A DNA stretch of 64,000 nt from NCBI GenBank assembly GCA_963705305.1, contig OY970067.1:1568001-1632000 (forward strand), in the 5' to 3' direction. Positions 51,682 to 62,130 of this stretch are shown here, piece by piece. The DNA is from an uncultured Methylomirabilota bacterium (GTDB lineage: Bacteria > Methylomirabilota > Methylomirabilia > Methylomirabilales > 2-02-FULL-66-22). How positions within the stretch are numbered: position 1 is the stretch's first letter; each line of letters begins with the position of its first letter. The translations under genes and the position numbers were made by a program. Under the pieces are notes generated by a model. That model saw only the letters and a program-made list of their open reading frames with translations, had not been told where the DNA came from and made no database searches.

Positions 51682-53472
51682 ATGGATTCTGCGTTGGCTC
51701 CTGCAGAGGGATCCGTGAAGCGCTTGGGTCGGTACGAACTCCTGGAAGAGCTGGGCCGCGGGGCCATGGGGATCGTGTACAAGGCCCACGACCCGCAGAT
51801 CGACCGGCTTGTCGCCGTGAAGGTCTTGGCGGCGGCCGAGGGGCCTCAGGCGGATGAGACTCGGCAGCGACGGACTCGCTTCCAACGCGAGGCGCGAGCG
51901 GCCGGGCGTCTGGCCCACCCCAACATCGTCGCAATATACGATGTCGGCGAGGAACAAGGTCAAGACTTTCTGGTCATGGAGCTATTCCAGGGCGAGACCT
52001 TGGAGCAGCGTCTCCGACAGCGCCGGACGCTTCCCCTGGAGGAAGCGCTGCCTATCCTGGACCAGGTCGCAGCGGCCCTGGACTATGCCCACGACCATGG
52101 GATCATCCACCGCGATGTGAAGCCGGCCAACATCCTGCTCACCTCCGAGGGAGCCGCCAAGGTGGCCGATTTCGGAATCGCGATGATGACGGGAGGATCG
52201 CTCACCCGGACGGGGCACATCCTGGGGACCCCCAGCTATATGTCCCCGGAGCAGATCGCCGGACTCGCCGTGAGCGGTCGCTCGGACATCTTTTCCTTGG
52301 GGGCGGTTCTGTACGAGATGCTGAGCGGCGACCGGGCCTTTCCGGGGGAGACGATCAGCAGCGTCATCTACCGTATCGTCCATGAGGACCCGATCCCCCT
52401 GCGCCGCCTGAGCCCCGCCTTCCCGGAAGGTGTGGACGATTGCTTGCGGAAGGCCTTGGCCAAGGATCCGGCCGCGCGCTACCCGCGGGCCTGCGACATG
52501 TCGGTTGCCCTACGGGCCATTGCGTCGGGCCGACGCTCCGCACCCGGTCCCGCAACGACCGTCCGGACGCCCGCCGTAACACCCAGGAGGGCTGCTTCTC
52601 CTCCGCCCGGCCCGCGTCAGCGATCTCGGGCCTGGATCGGTCTCGTGGCTTTGGGGGGCTTGGCCCTGCTCCTTGGGGTCTGGATCAGCCATGGAGCGCG
52701 GCCTCATCCCCCGGTCCCGTCAACGCCGCCAGCCGCTACGGAGGCCACGCCGCCGAATGTGGAGCCGCGGCAGGATGCCGAGGTCGATCGTCTCGAGACC
52801 AAGCGAAGGCAGATGGCTGAAGAGCAGGAACGGCTGGAGAAAGAGCGGGCGGCGCTCGAGGCCAACGAGAAATCGCTCGAGCAGACGAAGCAGGGTGCGG
52901 CTCCCGCGCGCCAGCAGCCCGCAGAGGAACCGAGGCCCGCCGCGCCGGGGGTGATTCGTCGGTTCGATTTCGCCGGAAACACGATGGTCCCCTCGCCAGA
53001 ACTGGATGCCCTGCTGGCTGGGATGGTGGGAAGCCCTGGGACGTCGGAGCAGCTCCAGGCGGCCGTCAACCTCGTAACGGAGCACTACCGCTCGCACGGC
53101 TACTTCCTGGCGCTGGCGCGCCCGCTCTCATCGGAGGTCCAGGATGGGGTCGCAACTATCCAAGTGGAGGAGGGCCGGATCGGGAGGCTGCGAGTGGGGC
53201 CGGCCCTCCGACCGGATGCCGACCTGATCAGAACAGCATTCGCCCCCGCCATGCGACAGGGGATTGTGGAACGCGCGGTCCTCGGGGCGGCCATCCGTAC
53301 CCTGGCCCTCCAGTATGGGGTCACCGTCGGCCTCCGCATCCAGACGGGGGACACCCCCGGAACCTTCGACCTGCTGGTGCATCGCAGCCGGTCAGGGCAG
53401 ATGGAGATCGAGCTTCCCGGCGACTCCCTCGGCGGCCCCCGCCGCATGCAATTCCCCCTGGGGGGCGGCTAG
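51682..53472 (+). CDS. Hanks-type Ser/Thr kinase with TM, coiled coil and C-terminal POTRA domains
   Basis: LGRGAMG, VAVK, HRDVKPAN, DFG, GTPSYMSPEQ; TM; FAGNT..YRSHGYFLA..DGVATIQVEEGRIG. Confidence 0.9.
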   Translation: MDSALAPAEGSVKRLGRYELLEELGRGAMGIVYKAHDPQIDRLVAVKVLAAAEGPQADETRQRRTRFQREARAAGRLAHPNIVAIYDVGEEQGQDFLVMELFQGETLEQRLRQRRTLPLEEALPILDQVAAALDYAHDHGIIHRDVKPANILLTSEGAAKVADFGIAMMTGGSLTRTGHILGTPSYMSPEQIAGLAVSGRSDIFSLGAVLYEMLSGDRAFPGETISSVIYRIVHEDPIPLRRLSPAFPEGVDDCLRKALAKDPAARYPRACDMSVALRAIASGRRSAPGPATTVRTPAVTPRRAASPPPGPRQRSRAWIGLVALGGLALLLGVWISHGARPHPPVPSTPPAATEATPPNVEPRQDAEVDRLETKRRQMAEEQERLEKERAALEANEKSLEQTKQGAAPARQQPAEEPRPAAPGVIRRFDFAGNTMVPSPELDALLAGMVGSPGTSEQLQAAVNLVTEHYRSHGYFLALARPLSSEVQDGVATIQVEEGRIGRLRVGPALRPDADLIRTAFAPAMRQGIVERAVLGAAIRTLALQYGVTVGLRIQTGDTPGTFDLLVHRSRSGQMEIELPGDSLGGPRRMQFPLGGG

Positions 53473-53667
53473 CCCTCTGTCCCAAGTCTTCCGCTCCCGG
53501 CGGCCGAATTTCCGACCGGGTCCGGCCTCCCGCCCCCGCAGCACGGGCGCCTCCCACGCGCATTCCGCAGCCGCGCCCCGTATTGACGTTGGGAACCGGT
53601 TTGAACTCACATTGGGGGTAGACCGATCAGTGGGGGCGGGCCACGTCTCGGCAAGGCCCACTACATA

Positions 53668-54841
53668 CTAGTCTACCGTGTCACACAGATGCCATCTTAT
53701 GCAGCACTGCTCGAGCCCGCTCGACTTTCGCCAGGATGTCCTCCACCTTGGCCGTCCAGGTGAACGACCGGGGGTGGCGGTTGTGGTGTGCGATGAAGGC
53801 CTCAATGGCGGCGATGAGGTCGGCGACGCTCTTGAAGACGCCCCGGCGGAGCCGCTTGGTCGTGAGCTCCCGGAACCACCGCTCGATGAGATTCAACCAC
53901 GAGCTGCTGGTCGGAATGAAGTGCATGTGGAAGCGTGGGTGGCGGGCGAGCCAGCGCTGGACCGCAGGGTGTTTATGGGTGGCGTAGTTGTCCACGATCA
54001 GGTGGAGGTCCAGGTCGGGCGGGGTCTGCGCGTCGATCAGCCGGAGGAACCGGAGCCACTCCTGGTGCCGATGCTTGGGCAGGCACGTGCCGATGAGCTG
54101 GCCCGTCACGAGCCCCAGGGCGGCGAAGAGCGTGGTCGTGCCGTTCCGCTTGTAGTCGTGGGTCAGGGTGCCGCACCGGCCCTTCTTCAGCGGGAGGCCG
54201 GGTTGGGTGCGGTCGAGCGCTTGGATCTGGCTCTTCTCGTCGGCGCACAGCACCAACGCGTGCTCAGGGGGATTCAGGTACAGCCCCACCACATCGGTCA
54301 GCTTCTCGAGGAACCGCCGGTCGCGGCTCACCTTGAACGGGCGGACCCGATGCGGCTTCAGGCCGTGGGCCTGCCAGACCCGGTGCACGGTCTTCGGGCT
54401 CACGCCGACCGCGGCCGCCAGGGTCCGCGTGCTCCAGTGGGTGGCGGCGGGCGGCGCGCTGGTTGTCGTCAGGGTGACGATGCGCTGCAGGACCGCCGGG
54501 GCGATGGCGGGCGTCCGGCCGGGGCGCGGGGCATCCCGCTCGATCCCGGCCAGCCGCTGCTGGGCGAAGCGAGTCCGCCACCGACCCACACACTCGCGAT
54601 CCGTGTCCAGGGCCCGGGCGACCTCGTCGTTCCGCTGCCCCGCCGCCGCGCGCAGGACGATCTGCGCCCGGCGCACGAGGCGCGCGGGGGTGCGCCGCCC
54701 CCGTGCCCAGCGTTCCAAGATGGTGCGTTCCTGCGGGCTCAGCACAATCGGCACCGCCACACGCATGGCTTGCTCCTCCTCACCGAGGAGCATACCAGAG
54801 TACGTACTATAAGTCACCGTATTTATGACACACTAGACTAG
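53668..54841. mobile_element. IS630-family insertion sequence
   Basis: Inverted ends CTAGTCTACCGTGTCA / TGACACACTAGACTAG (14/16) enclosing the transposase. Confidence 0.9.
53681..54766 (-). CDS. IS630 transposase
   Basis: [28 protein letters not shown]. Confidence 0.97.
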   Translation of the reverse strand: MRVAVPIVLSPQERTILERWARGRRTPARLVRRAQIVLRAAAGQRNDEVARALDTDRECVGRWRTRFAQQRLAGIERDAPRPGRTPAIAPAVLQRIVTLTTTSAPPAATHWSTRTLAAAVGVSPKTVHRVWQAHGLKPHRVRPFKVSRDRRFLEKLTDVVGLYLNPPEHALVLCADEKSQIQALDRTQPGLPLKKGRCGTLTHDYKRNGTTTLFAALGLVTGQLIGTCLPKHRHQEWLRFLRLIDAQTPPDLDLHLIVDNYATHKHPAVQRWLARHPRFHMHFIPTSSSWLNLIERWFRELTTKRLRRGVFKSVADLIAAIEAFIAHHNRHPRSFTWTAKVEDILAKVERARAVLHKMASV

Positions 54842-55198
54842 CTCGCCTTTACATCGATGGTGAAAGCGGCGAGGCGGCTCGCAAAGAGACGCCAAAGACT
54901 GGACCATTACGGAGCAACCCGCGCTATTGTGCGATAGGCGCGGCCGGTCTTCCATATGGTCTTTTGCATATGGAAGGGAGCCTGCAAGGGATAGGAAGGG
55001 GGGAATTCTCGAAACGAGCAGAAAGAAGCGCGGCAACTGCAGTAACCAACTGCGACGGGCTGAAAGCCACTTCAGCCCGTCGCAGCATTGTCTCAAGCCT
55101 GATGTCAACGGCCGGCCATTGAGAGCCACTCAGGGTCACCCCATGGTGAGCCAGCGAAGGACGTAGCCGGGTCCCTCGCAAGTGGGTTGTCCGGACCT

Positions 55199-55992
55199 TT
55201 ACGCTGGGCGTGCCTCCTGCTTCGGTGACGGCTTACTGCGCCGCTGGGCCGCGAGCTGCTGCTTGGTCTGCTCGGCCCGGTAGCTGGCCCCCGTGATCTC
55301 CACGAAGTGGGCCCGGTGGGTCAGCCGATCCAAGGCCGCGGAGGCCAGGAGCGGCTCGCCGAAGATCTCCGGCCACTCGCTCACGGCCCGGTTGCTCGTG
55401 AGCACGATGGACGCGCGCTCGTACCGCTCGTGGATGATGTCGTAGAGGTCCTCGGGGCCGGGGGCCCGGAGGGCCTTCAGCCCGAAGTCATCCAGGACGA
55501 GCACATCGGGCCGCAGGTACTTGGCCAGCCGGTGGGCGAGCGTGCCGTCGGCCCGGCCGCCGGCCAGGGGGCCAGCAGCTTCCCGGTGGACACGAAGAGG
55601 ACCTCGTACCCGCGGCGGCACGCCTCGTGCGCCAGGGCTTGCGACAGGTGGCTCTTGCCCACGCCGGTCGGGCCGTAGATCAACACGTTCTCGTGCCGTG
55701 CGACGAACTGGCAGGTGGCGAGGTCGAAGACCTGGGCCTTGTTCAACTTTGGGTTGAAGCCGAAGTCGAAGCCCTCGAGCGTCTTGCCAGGATCGAAGGC
55801 CGCGCGGCGGAGGCGGAGCCGGAGGGCGGACTGGGCCCGCCGCTCCACCTCGTCGTGCAGGAGCAGGGTCAGGAACTCGACGAACGAGGCGCGGCTCTCG
55901 ATCGCCTGGTGGTTGCGCACCTCCAGGGTCTCCAGGATCCCGGAGAGCCGGAGCGTGCGGAGCATCGGGGTGAGCTGGTGCGTCAGTTCCAT
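55199..55992 (-). CDS. istB: IstB ATPase, frameshift near 55570
   Basis: GPTGVGKS in one frame; LVLDDFG, TSNR, LDRLTH in another; shift falls in a C-run. Confidence 0.9.
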
Positions 55993-57558
55993 GGGGGACC
56001 TCCTTCGCCACCGGGGTCGGGGAAGAAGTCGGTCCAGGGGCGCGCATGCCGCGGGGGCGGTGCGGCAGGGGGCGGCGGAGGCGCCAGCCCCAACTCGAGC
56101 AGCGGCTGCCGATCGAGGCCCGCGGCCAGGATGGTCTTCACCGTGGCATACCGGATCTCGCCGACCGCGAGCGCCCGGGCACAGGCGGCCTCGAGGCGCG
56201 CCGCGCCGTAGCGCGGCGCCAACCGGAGAACGCCCTGGGCGGTCCGCAGCCGATCGAGGGGCCGCTCCCCCAGCAGGGCGGCGATGAACGCGGCGCAGGT
56301 CGGGCCGATGTCGGCGGCCCGCTGCTGGCACCAGAGCGGCGTCTGCAGCAGGAAGTGGACCTTGTCCGGGGGGAGGTGGTCGTGGAGTGTGCGCCGCTGC
56401 CCGGGGCGGGCCGCGAGGTGCGTGGCGACCAGGGCGTGCTCGTGGAAGAGCTGCACCTGGGTGGCCGTGGCCCGCACCCAGAGCCGCTGCCCGATCAGGC
56501 GGAAGGGCGCCGAGTAGTAGTAGGCGCCAGCGAAGACGACGTGGCAGTCGGGGTGCAGCTTCGCCTGCTTCCAGGTCACCGGCGCCCACGGGGTCGCCGG
56601 GAGCGGGAGGAGCGCGGCCCGCTCGACCGTCTCGAAGGCCACCAGGGGCTGCTGCTTGATCGTGCCGTGGCGGCGCCTCCCGGCGGTCTCCAGGCACCAG
56701 CGGAGGCCGTGCTGGTTCGCGTGGTGGAGGTCGCGGAAGGCCCGGCCGGCGAGGCAATTGCGCTTCACGTAGTGGACGCCCCCCTGCTCGACCTTGCCCT
56801 TGTGCTCGGGGGTCCGCACCCGACAGGGCGCGATGAGGAAGCCGTAGTGCTCGGCGCACTCTCGGTAGACGCGCTGGACCTCCGGGTCGTAGAGGGCCGC
56901 GTGGACGATGGCGGCCTTCAGGTTATCGAGCACCACCCGGCGCGTCACCCCCTGGAACCACTCGAAGGCGGCGCGGTGGCAGCGGCACCAGGTGGTCACG
57001 GTCTGGTCGAAGACGAACTCCACGGACCTGGTGGCGGCTGAAGGCCAACGTCATCACGAACGCCCAGGCGCGGCGGAGGCGGCCCTGGTCGGGATCGAAG
57101 AACTGGCCCGCCGCGCCGAAGTCGACCTGCGCTTCCTCCCCCGGGGGCGTCTCCACCCGGACCGTGGCCCGCGGGGTCGGCGGCTCCAGGCGGCGGAGGA
57201 AGCGCTTCACGGCGGAGTAGCTCCCGGTGAAGCCATGCTGTTCGACGAGGAGCTGGAAGATCGCCTGGCCCTCCACACCCTGCTGGCGCCACGCCACCAC
57301 CTGCGCGCGGAACGGGGCCACGCCGGACTGCTCGAGCCGGGGCTGGGCGCGCTCCGGCGGGTGGAGCAGCGTGGCCAGCGCGGCCGCGTCGGGCAGTTCG
57401 CCGGTGAGCAGGCCGTGCTGCCGCGCCCAGCGGTGGTAGCCGGCCACGGTGTTCCGACTGAGCCCGAGTTCGCGGGCGATCCGGCGGGCCGGCTCTCCGA
57501 GGCGGAGCCGGCGGAGCACTTCGCGTACATCGGTCACCTCGCACCTCCGTCCAGCCAT
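55983..57558 (-). CDS. istA: IstA transposase, frameshift near 57025
   Basis: ETPPGEEAQVDFG, then DNLKAAI and KGKVE in the next frame. Confidence 0.9.
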
Positions 57559-57637
57559 GGGGCACCTCCGGGTTGGGGTTCCCGGAGAGCAAGCCCCCAT
57601 GTGGCTGCGAAGCGCAAGGGACCCGGCGGCCTGCTGG

Positions 57638-57775
57638 GGTGGCTCAGTATCAGGCGACCCGAGGTGGCTCAGTATGCCCGACCCTGGGTGGCTCAGAATG
57701 GGTGACCCTGCTGGCTCAGGTTGGGCGACCCTGGGTGGCTCAGTATCCCCGACCCCGGTGGCTCAGTATAGGGTG
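57638..57775. repeat. IS21 subterminal tandem repeats
   Basis: Six to seven copies of (GG)TGGCTCAG..GACCC at ~21-25 nt spacing. Confidence 0.85.
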
Positions 57776-58296
57776 GCCGCTGACATTTTGCGATATCAAG
57801 GCCGTAAATCCTTGATTTGGGGGACGTTGCTTCCTTATTATCCTTATTTTCTACTGGGGCCAGGCCCTGATAATTTCCCGGACGGCGACCGCCCCGGGAT
57901 CTTGAGGTGCCAAAATGGAACCTCAAGTCTTCAAACACTCACCGAACTAGAGCCCAGAGAAAGCTCAGAGCCTCACGCCAAGATCGCTAAGCTCGCCAAG
58001 AAGAACGATCTTCTGTTTCGGACTTCGAACCTACCCCCTGCTCTACTTTGCGACCTTTGCGGCTTTGCGTGAGGCACGTCTTCTCGAGTCCGGCCGTGTA
58101 GATTGCAAAAAACCGAATGTTTTATAGCACCAATCTTCGGTCTCGGTCAAGGCCGACGCTCCCCCAGCCACTCGCCCCTTCCCACAGCTATTCCAGGCCT
58201 CCTCTCCCCCTCCCGGCCCCCGCACTCGCTCTCTGGGGGTTGCTTCTTTATTCTGCTTGCTCCCTTGGGCCACCGCTGTCACAATCGAGGTGACAT

Positions 58297-58320
58297 ATGT
58301 GTACACGATATGGTACACAT
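58297..58320. promoter_or_regulatory. Palindromic TA operator
   Basis: ATGTGTAC-8 nt-GTACACAT upstream of the Phd-like antitoxin. Confidence 0.7.
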
Positions 58321-58357
58321 GTGGTTCAAGCATAGCCCAGCGCGGGAGGGCCGAACG

Positions 58358-58651
58358 ATGAAGTTCGTCACGATTCGCGAGCTGCGGAGCAAGACCGCCT
58401 CGATTCGCAAGGACCTCGACCAGGACCGGGAGATCGTGCTCACGGCCAACGGCCGCCCCTTCGCGGTGGTCAGCCGCATCGAACCCGATGCCGTGGAAGA
58501 AGAGCTGCAGGCGATCCGTCGGGCCCGGGCCAAGGTCGCCGTGGAGCGCCTTCGCGCCCACGCCAAGGCGACAGGGCTCAATCGGCTGACCCTGGGCGAG
58601 ATTGACGCGTTAATCGCCGAGGCCCGCCGGCAGCGCCGAGCGAGCCGGTGA
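58358..58651 (+). CDS. Phd/YefM-family antitoxin
   Basis: MKFVTIRELR..IVLTANGRPFAVV. Confidence 0.85.
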   Translation: MKFVTIRELRSKTASIRKDLDQDREIVLTANGRPFAVVSRIEPDAVEEELQAIRRARAKVAVERLRAHAKATGLNRLTLGEIDALIAEARRQRRASR

Positions 58652-59064
58652 GACTCGTCCTCGACACCAACGTCCTTGTCGCCGCCCTCCTGACCCCGGC
58701 GGGTGCCTGCGGCCGCCTCCTCGATCTCATCCTGGATGGGGCCGCCGGCGTATGCCTCGATCCCCGAATCCTCCAGGAGTACGAGGACGTCCTCCGGCGT
58801 CCGCAGCTTTTCCCGCCGTCCGACGCCGTGGAGGTCGTCCTGGATTTCTTCCGGAGCACCGCCGAATCCGTCGCCGCGCTGCCCCTCGGCGTGCGCCTTC
58901 CGGATCCCGACGACCTCCCCTTCCTCGAGGTCGCGGCCACCGCGGAGGCTGTCCTCGTCACCGACAATCTCCGCCACTTTCCGAAGAAGGCGTGCAAGCC
59001 CGTCCAGGTCGTGACCCCCCAGGAGTGCATTGGCCTTCTGCGCGGCCCCGCTCCGGATCTCTGA
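58648..59064 (+). CDS. PIN-domain toxin
   Basis: LVLDTNVLV..EYEDVL..DPDDLPFLE..LVTDN; GTGA overlap. Confidence 0.9.
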   Translation: MRLVLDTNVLVAALLTPAGACGRLLDLILDGAAGVCLDPRILQEYEDVLRRPQLFPPSDAVEVVLDFFRSTAESVAALPLGVRLPDPDDLPFLEVAATAEAVLVTDNLRHFPKKACKPVQVVTPQECIGLLRGPAPDL

Positions 59065-59290
59065 CCAGGGGGACGTTGCTTCTTTATTCTCCTTGCTCCT
59101 CGCACTGCATCGGGGAGGCCCGGAGGGAGGTGCACCGCTGCGCCCGGGTGCGGGGGAGCTGAGCCCTTCGGCAGGCCCTTCGACTGGCTCAGGGCGCCGA
59201 GCAGAGTCGAACCGCTCAGGGTCGCGAGCGAGGTCGAGGGGGTGAGGGGGAGACGCGGAGCAGAGGGAATGCAACGCGGCCTGGCGACTC

Positions 59291-59698
59291 CTACGGCTGA
59301 GAGACCCAGTTCTCCACACGAAGGCCGGGGATCTGCCGGAACTCCCGCTCGTTATTGGTGACGAGGCGCACCCCCAGGCTCAGAGCATGAGCCGCGATCA
59401 GCAGGTCCATCGCACCGATGGGGCGGCCGCGCTTCTCGAGTCCGGCCCGCACCTTGCCATAGGCCATGGTCGCCGGGCGGTCGAACGCGGCCACCTCCAG
59501 CGGGGAGAGGAACTGCTCCAGGGCCGCCTGGTTCTGCTTTGGCCGGGTGCTCTTGCTGACGCCGTACTGCAACTCCGCCAGTGTGATGACTGAGAGGCCG
59601 ACGTCCCCGACAGGGAACCGGCGAAAGCGCTCCAGGAGGGCGTCGGGCCGCTGCCGGATGAGGTAGATGCAGATGTTGGTGTCCAGCATGATCTTCAC
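59291..59698 (-). CDS. vapC: VapC toxin
   Basis: MLDTNICIY..ELQYG..DLLIAAHA..LVTNN.REF. Confidence 0.95.
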   Translation of the reverse strand: MKIMLDTNICIYLIRQRPDALLERFRRFPVGDVGLSVITLAELQYGVSKSTRPKQNQAALEQFLSPLEVAAFDRPATMAYGKVRAGLEKRGRPIGAMDLLIAAHALSLGVRLVTNNEREFRQIPGLRVENWVSQP

Positions 59699-59931
59699 GA
59701 GAACGCCCTGCCCCTGGGCTGGACGGGCGGCTGCTCCCGGCCGTCCCGCATGAAGTCGCCGCTGAACATACGCAGGCTCTCGCCGAAGGCATCCCAGGAT
59801 CGCTTCGTCGGGCGGAGGAGCAACAGCTCTCCCTTGCGCTCGATCTCGACCTCCCCGCCCTGGAGCTGAAACTCCTTGGGGATCCGCACCGCCTGGCTGT
59901 TGCCGCTGCGAAAGATCTTCGCTGTCTTCAT
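59695..59931 (-). CDS. vapB: VapB antitoxin (AbrB-type)
   Basis: TAKIFRSGNSQAVRIPKEF. Confidence 0.95.
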   Translation of the reverse strand: MKTAKIFRSGNSQAVRIPKEFQLQGGEVEIERKGELLLLRPTKRSWDAFGESLRMFSGDFMRDGREQPPVQPRGRAFS

Positions 59932-60142
59932 GGCCGCGCCCTCCCGATGTATATACGGAAGGATATACGGAACGGCCCGGCCTGTCAACCGGTGCCCGCG
60001 CGAGAGGAACGCCGAGGGGCACGGGCGAAGAGGAGCAGAGGCGCGGAGGCGAATGGGAGAACCGGGGAGCCGGGGAACCGGAGAAATGGGGAAAAGAACG
60101 CAAAGGCACTGGGAGCGATGGAACGGAAATAAACATTCTACT

Positions 60143-60565
60143 TCATGCGACGTCCTCAACCCACGACAGAGAGGGTGCGAGCGGCCCCCGCCTCAGGGCG
60201 CCGTGAAGGCGCCGGTCGGCGGTCACGAAGCGGCAACGCCTGCTCATCGCCAGGGCCAGATAGAGGCTGTCATAGACGCTTCGGTTGGCCAGCGAGGCGA
60301 TATCCAGAGCGGCGCTGACAAGCAAGATGGAGGGAACGGTGCTGACGGGAAAGCGCTTGAAGTCGCGAAGAAGATCACGGGCCTCCTCTGCATCTATCTC
60401 GTGCGCTCGACACTTCTTCCAGAGCACATTCCCGAGTTCGGCCCACAAAAGGTCGGGGGCGAGCAACTGGTTCTCTTCCGTGAGGACGCGTCGCGCGGCG
60501 CTGCTGTGCACTTCCGGCAGGAGCCACTTGACCACGACGCTGGCGTCGACCACAAGGGGCGTCAC
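60143..60565 (-). CDS. PIN/VapC toxin
   Basis: VVDASVVVKW..ELGNVLW..YDSLYLALA..VTAD. Confidence 0.92.
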   Translation of the reverse strand: MTPLVVDASVVVKWLLPEVHSSAARRVLTEENQLLAPDLLWAELGNVLWKKCRAHEIDAEEARDLLRDFKRFPVSTVPSILLVSAALDIASLANRSVYDSLYLALAMSRRCRFVTADRRLHGALRRGPLAPSLSWVEDVA

Positions 60566-60792
60566 CGCGCACGATCCTTCCGGATGATGCGTGCGCTGTC
60601 ACTCAGCCGCCTTCGCGCCAGTCGTTGCTGCCACTTTTCGAGAAGTGTCGAGACCTCGCCAGCGGACAACGTTGCAGCCTCTTCCAGGACGATCTTGACC
60701 TCTCCCTGGAGCGACCGGCCGTGCCGCTTTGCCAGCGCCTTCAAGCGTGTGATGGTATCCTCATCCAGATTCCTGACCAAGAGCTGGGGCAT
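60562..60792 (-). CDS. FitA-like RHH antitoxin
   Basis: QLLVRNLDE..LKALAKRHGRSLQGEV; upstream dyad TGCTATCA-taa-TGATAGC at 60828-60845. Confidence 0.9.
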   Translation of the reverse strand: MPQLLVRNLDEDTITRLKALAKRHGRSLQGEVKIVLEEAATLSAGEVSTLLEKWQQRLARRRLSDSARIIRKDRAR

Positions 60793-61381
60793 GTCCGTCT
60801 CCTCTCCTCCAGGCGAATGCTATCATAATGATAGCCTAGGGAGGGCTGCCGGTGCAAGCCAGTTCGAGAGTTAGGGGACAATGCGCTATTCTCCTTACTC
60901 CGCGCGACGAATCGGAGAGGCCCAGGGGAGGCGCAGCGCTACGCTCGGGCGCGGGGGCGCAGCCTCCGGCCCGGCAGGGCCTACGGCCCGGAGGGGGGCG
61001 AAGAGGCGCGGAGACGAAAGAGCAAGAGGAGGCGACAAGGCGAGGGGGCGAGGGGGTAAGGGGGAGCTAGGACAATTCGAATTTCGAAGTTCGAGTTTCG
61101 AAATTGAAGAAGGCCTGTCTTGGCGATCTTGGCGTGAGAACATCGCCGGAGTTTTCCTCACGCCAAGGCGCAAAGATCGCAAGGGAAGACATAGTCAAAG
61201 TTCGGACCGGAAAGGCCGACGGGACGTGGCATCCGAAGTTGCACTATTGAGCGGATGGAGGTGTGGTCTCTTTTTGCTAGAACGAGACGACACGGCGGGC
61301 TGACAATTCCGGCAGGAAGGTCAGCGGCCATGGTTGGGAGCCCAATCCGGGGGACCGAAGCGGGAAAAGCCGATCCAAGAC

Positions 61382-61540
61382 CTACCGATACACTTCCCGC
61401 CGGTGCGCGATTCGGACGACTTCTACCAGCGGCACCTCCTCGAGGGCAAGGAGCCGCTGCCAGATCCGGCGCGCCACGGCGATGGGAAGCCGGTCCAGGT
61501 CGTGCTCCGCCCTCGGTTTGAGCCGAACGGCGTAGGCCAT
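61382..61540 (-). pseudogene. RelE/ParE toxin with internal in-frame deletion
   Basis: MAYAVRLKPRAEHDLDRLP..LLALEE joined directly to VEVVRIAHRREVYR*; only 52 aa, central RxRVGDYR block absent. Confidence 0.8.
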
Positions 61541-61785
61541 CACCGAACCGCCTTCAGTTTACCCAGTTCTCGAGCCTCCCGTTCCTCGATGTACTCGCGG
61601 AGCGGTCTCGATGGCTTCCCTCGTTCCTCCTCCAGGACGAGGCGGTCGGAAATATCCTCCATGAGCCGGCGGAATTTCCGATCCCTGGCGATCCGTCCAA
61701 GGATATCCTCTTGCTCTCGCCGGGACAGCGCCTTGAAGGCGGTCACGAAGACCTCGGCGGTCGCTTCTTGGACCGTCATAATCAT
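61540..61785 (-). CDS. Putative antitoxin paired with relE
   Basis: Small helical protein, TGATG overlap onto relE. Confidence 0.7.
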   Translation of the reverse strand: MIMTVQEATAEVFVTAFKALSRREQEDILGRIARDRKFRRLMEDISDRLVLEEERGKPSRPLREYIEEREARELGKLKAVR

Positions 61786-62057
61786 CCCCTCCTCTCAGGG
61801 TCCACCTCGCCGCTCTCCCCAACCCTTGCAGAACTCTCCTCGCCCGCGGAATCATAACCCGGGATCCCCCGGACGGTACCTTTGACCTGAAATGTCGCAC
61901 AGCCCATGATCAAGCGTCAAGTGATAACCCCGTGATGAGGCACGTAATTGACCACGTGGAAGAGAAGGTTGTGGTAGATCCGAAGTTCGAAATGGAAGCA
62001 GGCCTGTCAGTTAGGGGACCGGTGCTCGATCGAGGCCTGCGGACTCACTTGGCTCTG

Positions 62058-62105
62058 TGGTGGGCGAAGGTGGTTTCGAACCACCGACCCCCTGCTTGCA
62101 AGGCA
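62058..62105 (-). tRNA. tRNA 3' half (Val-like body, loop reads TGC), att-site fragment
   Basis: Minus strand TGCCTTGCAAGCAGGGGGTCGGTGGTTCGAAACCACCTTCGCCCACCA; 5' half absent. Confidence 0.8.
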
Positions 62106-62130
62106 TGACAGGCTGAATCAGTAGAGCACA

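Larger units (their letters stand above)
55103..57785. mobile_element. IS21-family insertion sequence
   Basis: TGTCAACGGCC..GGCCGCTGACA ends, istA/istB; no target duplication visible. Confidence 0.92.
57819..60901 (+). repeat. Four dispersed ~30-bp direct repeats around TA modules
   Basis: GGGGACGTTGCTTC(C/T)TTATT(A/C)TCCTT-like copies at 57819, 58235, 59068 and (weaker) 60874. Confidence 0.7.

Noticed and set aside
55560..57030. Programmed frameshifts in istA/istB
   Set aside because: Shifts fall mid-domain with no slippery heptamer; more likely sequencing indels or decay.
57638..57775. Regular repeats resembling a mini-CRISPR array
   Set aside because: Spacers are too short and similar, the repeats lie inside the IS21 end, and no cas genes are present; typical IS21 subterminal repeats.
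57790..62057. Integron cassette array
   Set aside because: No intI and no convincing RYYYAAC..GTTRRRY attC structures; modules lie in both orientations.
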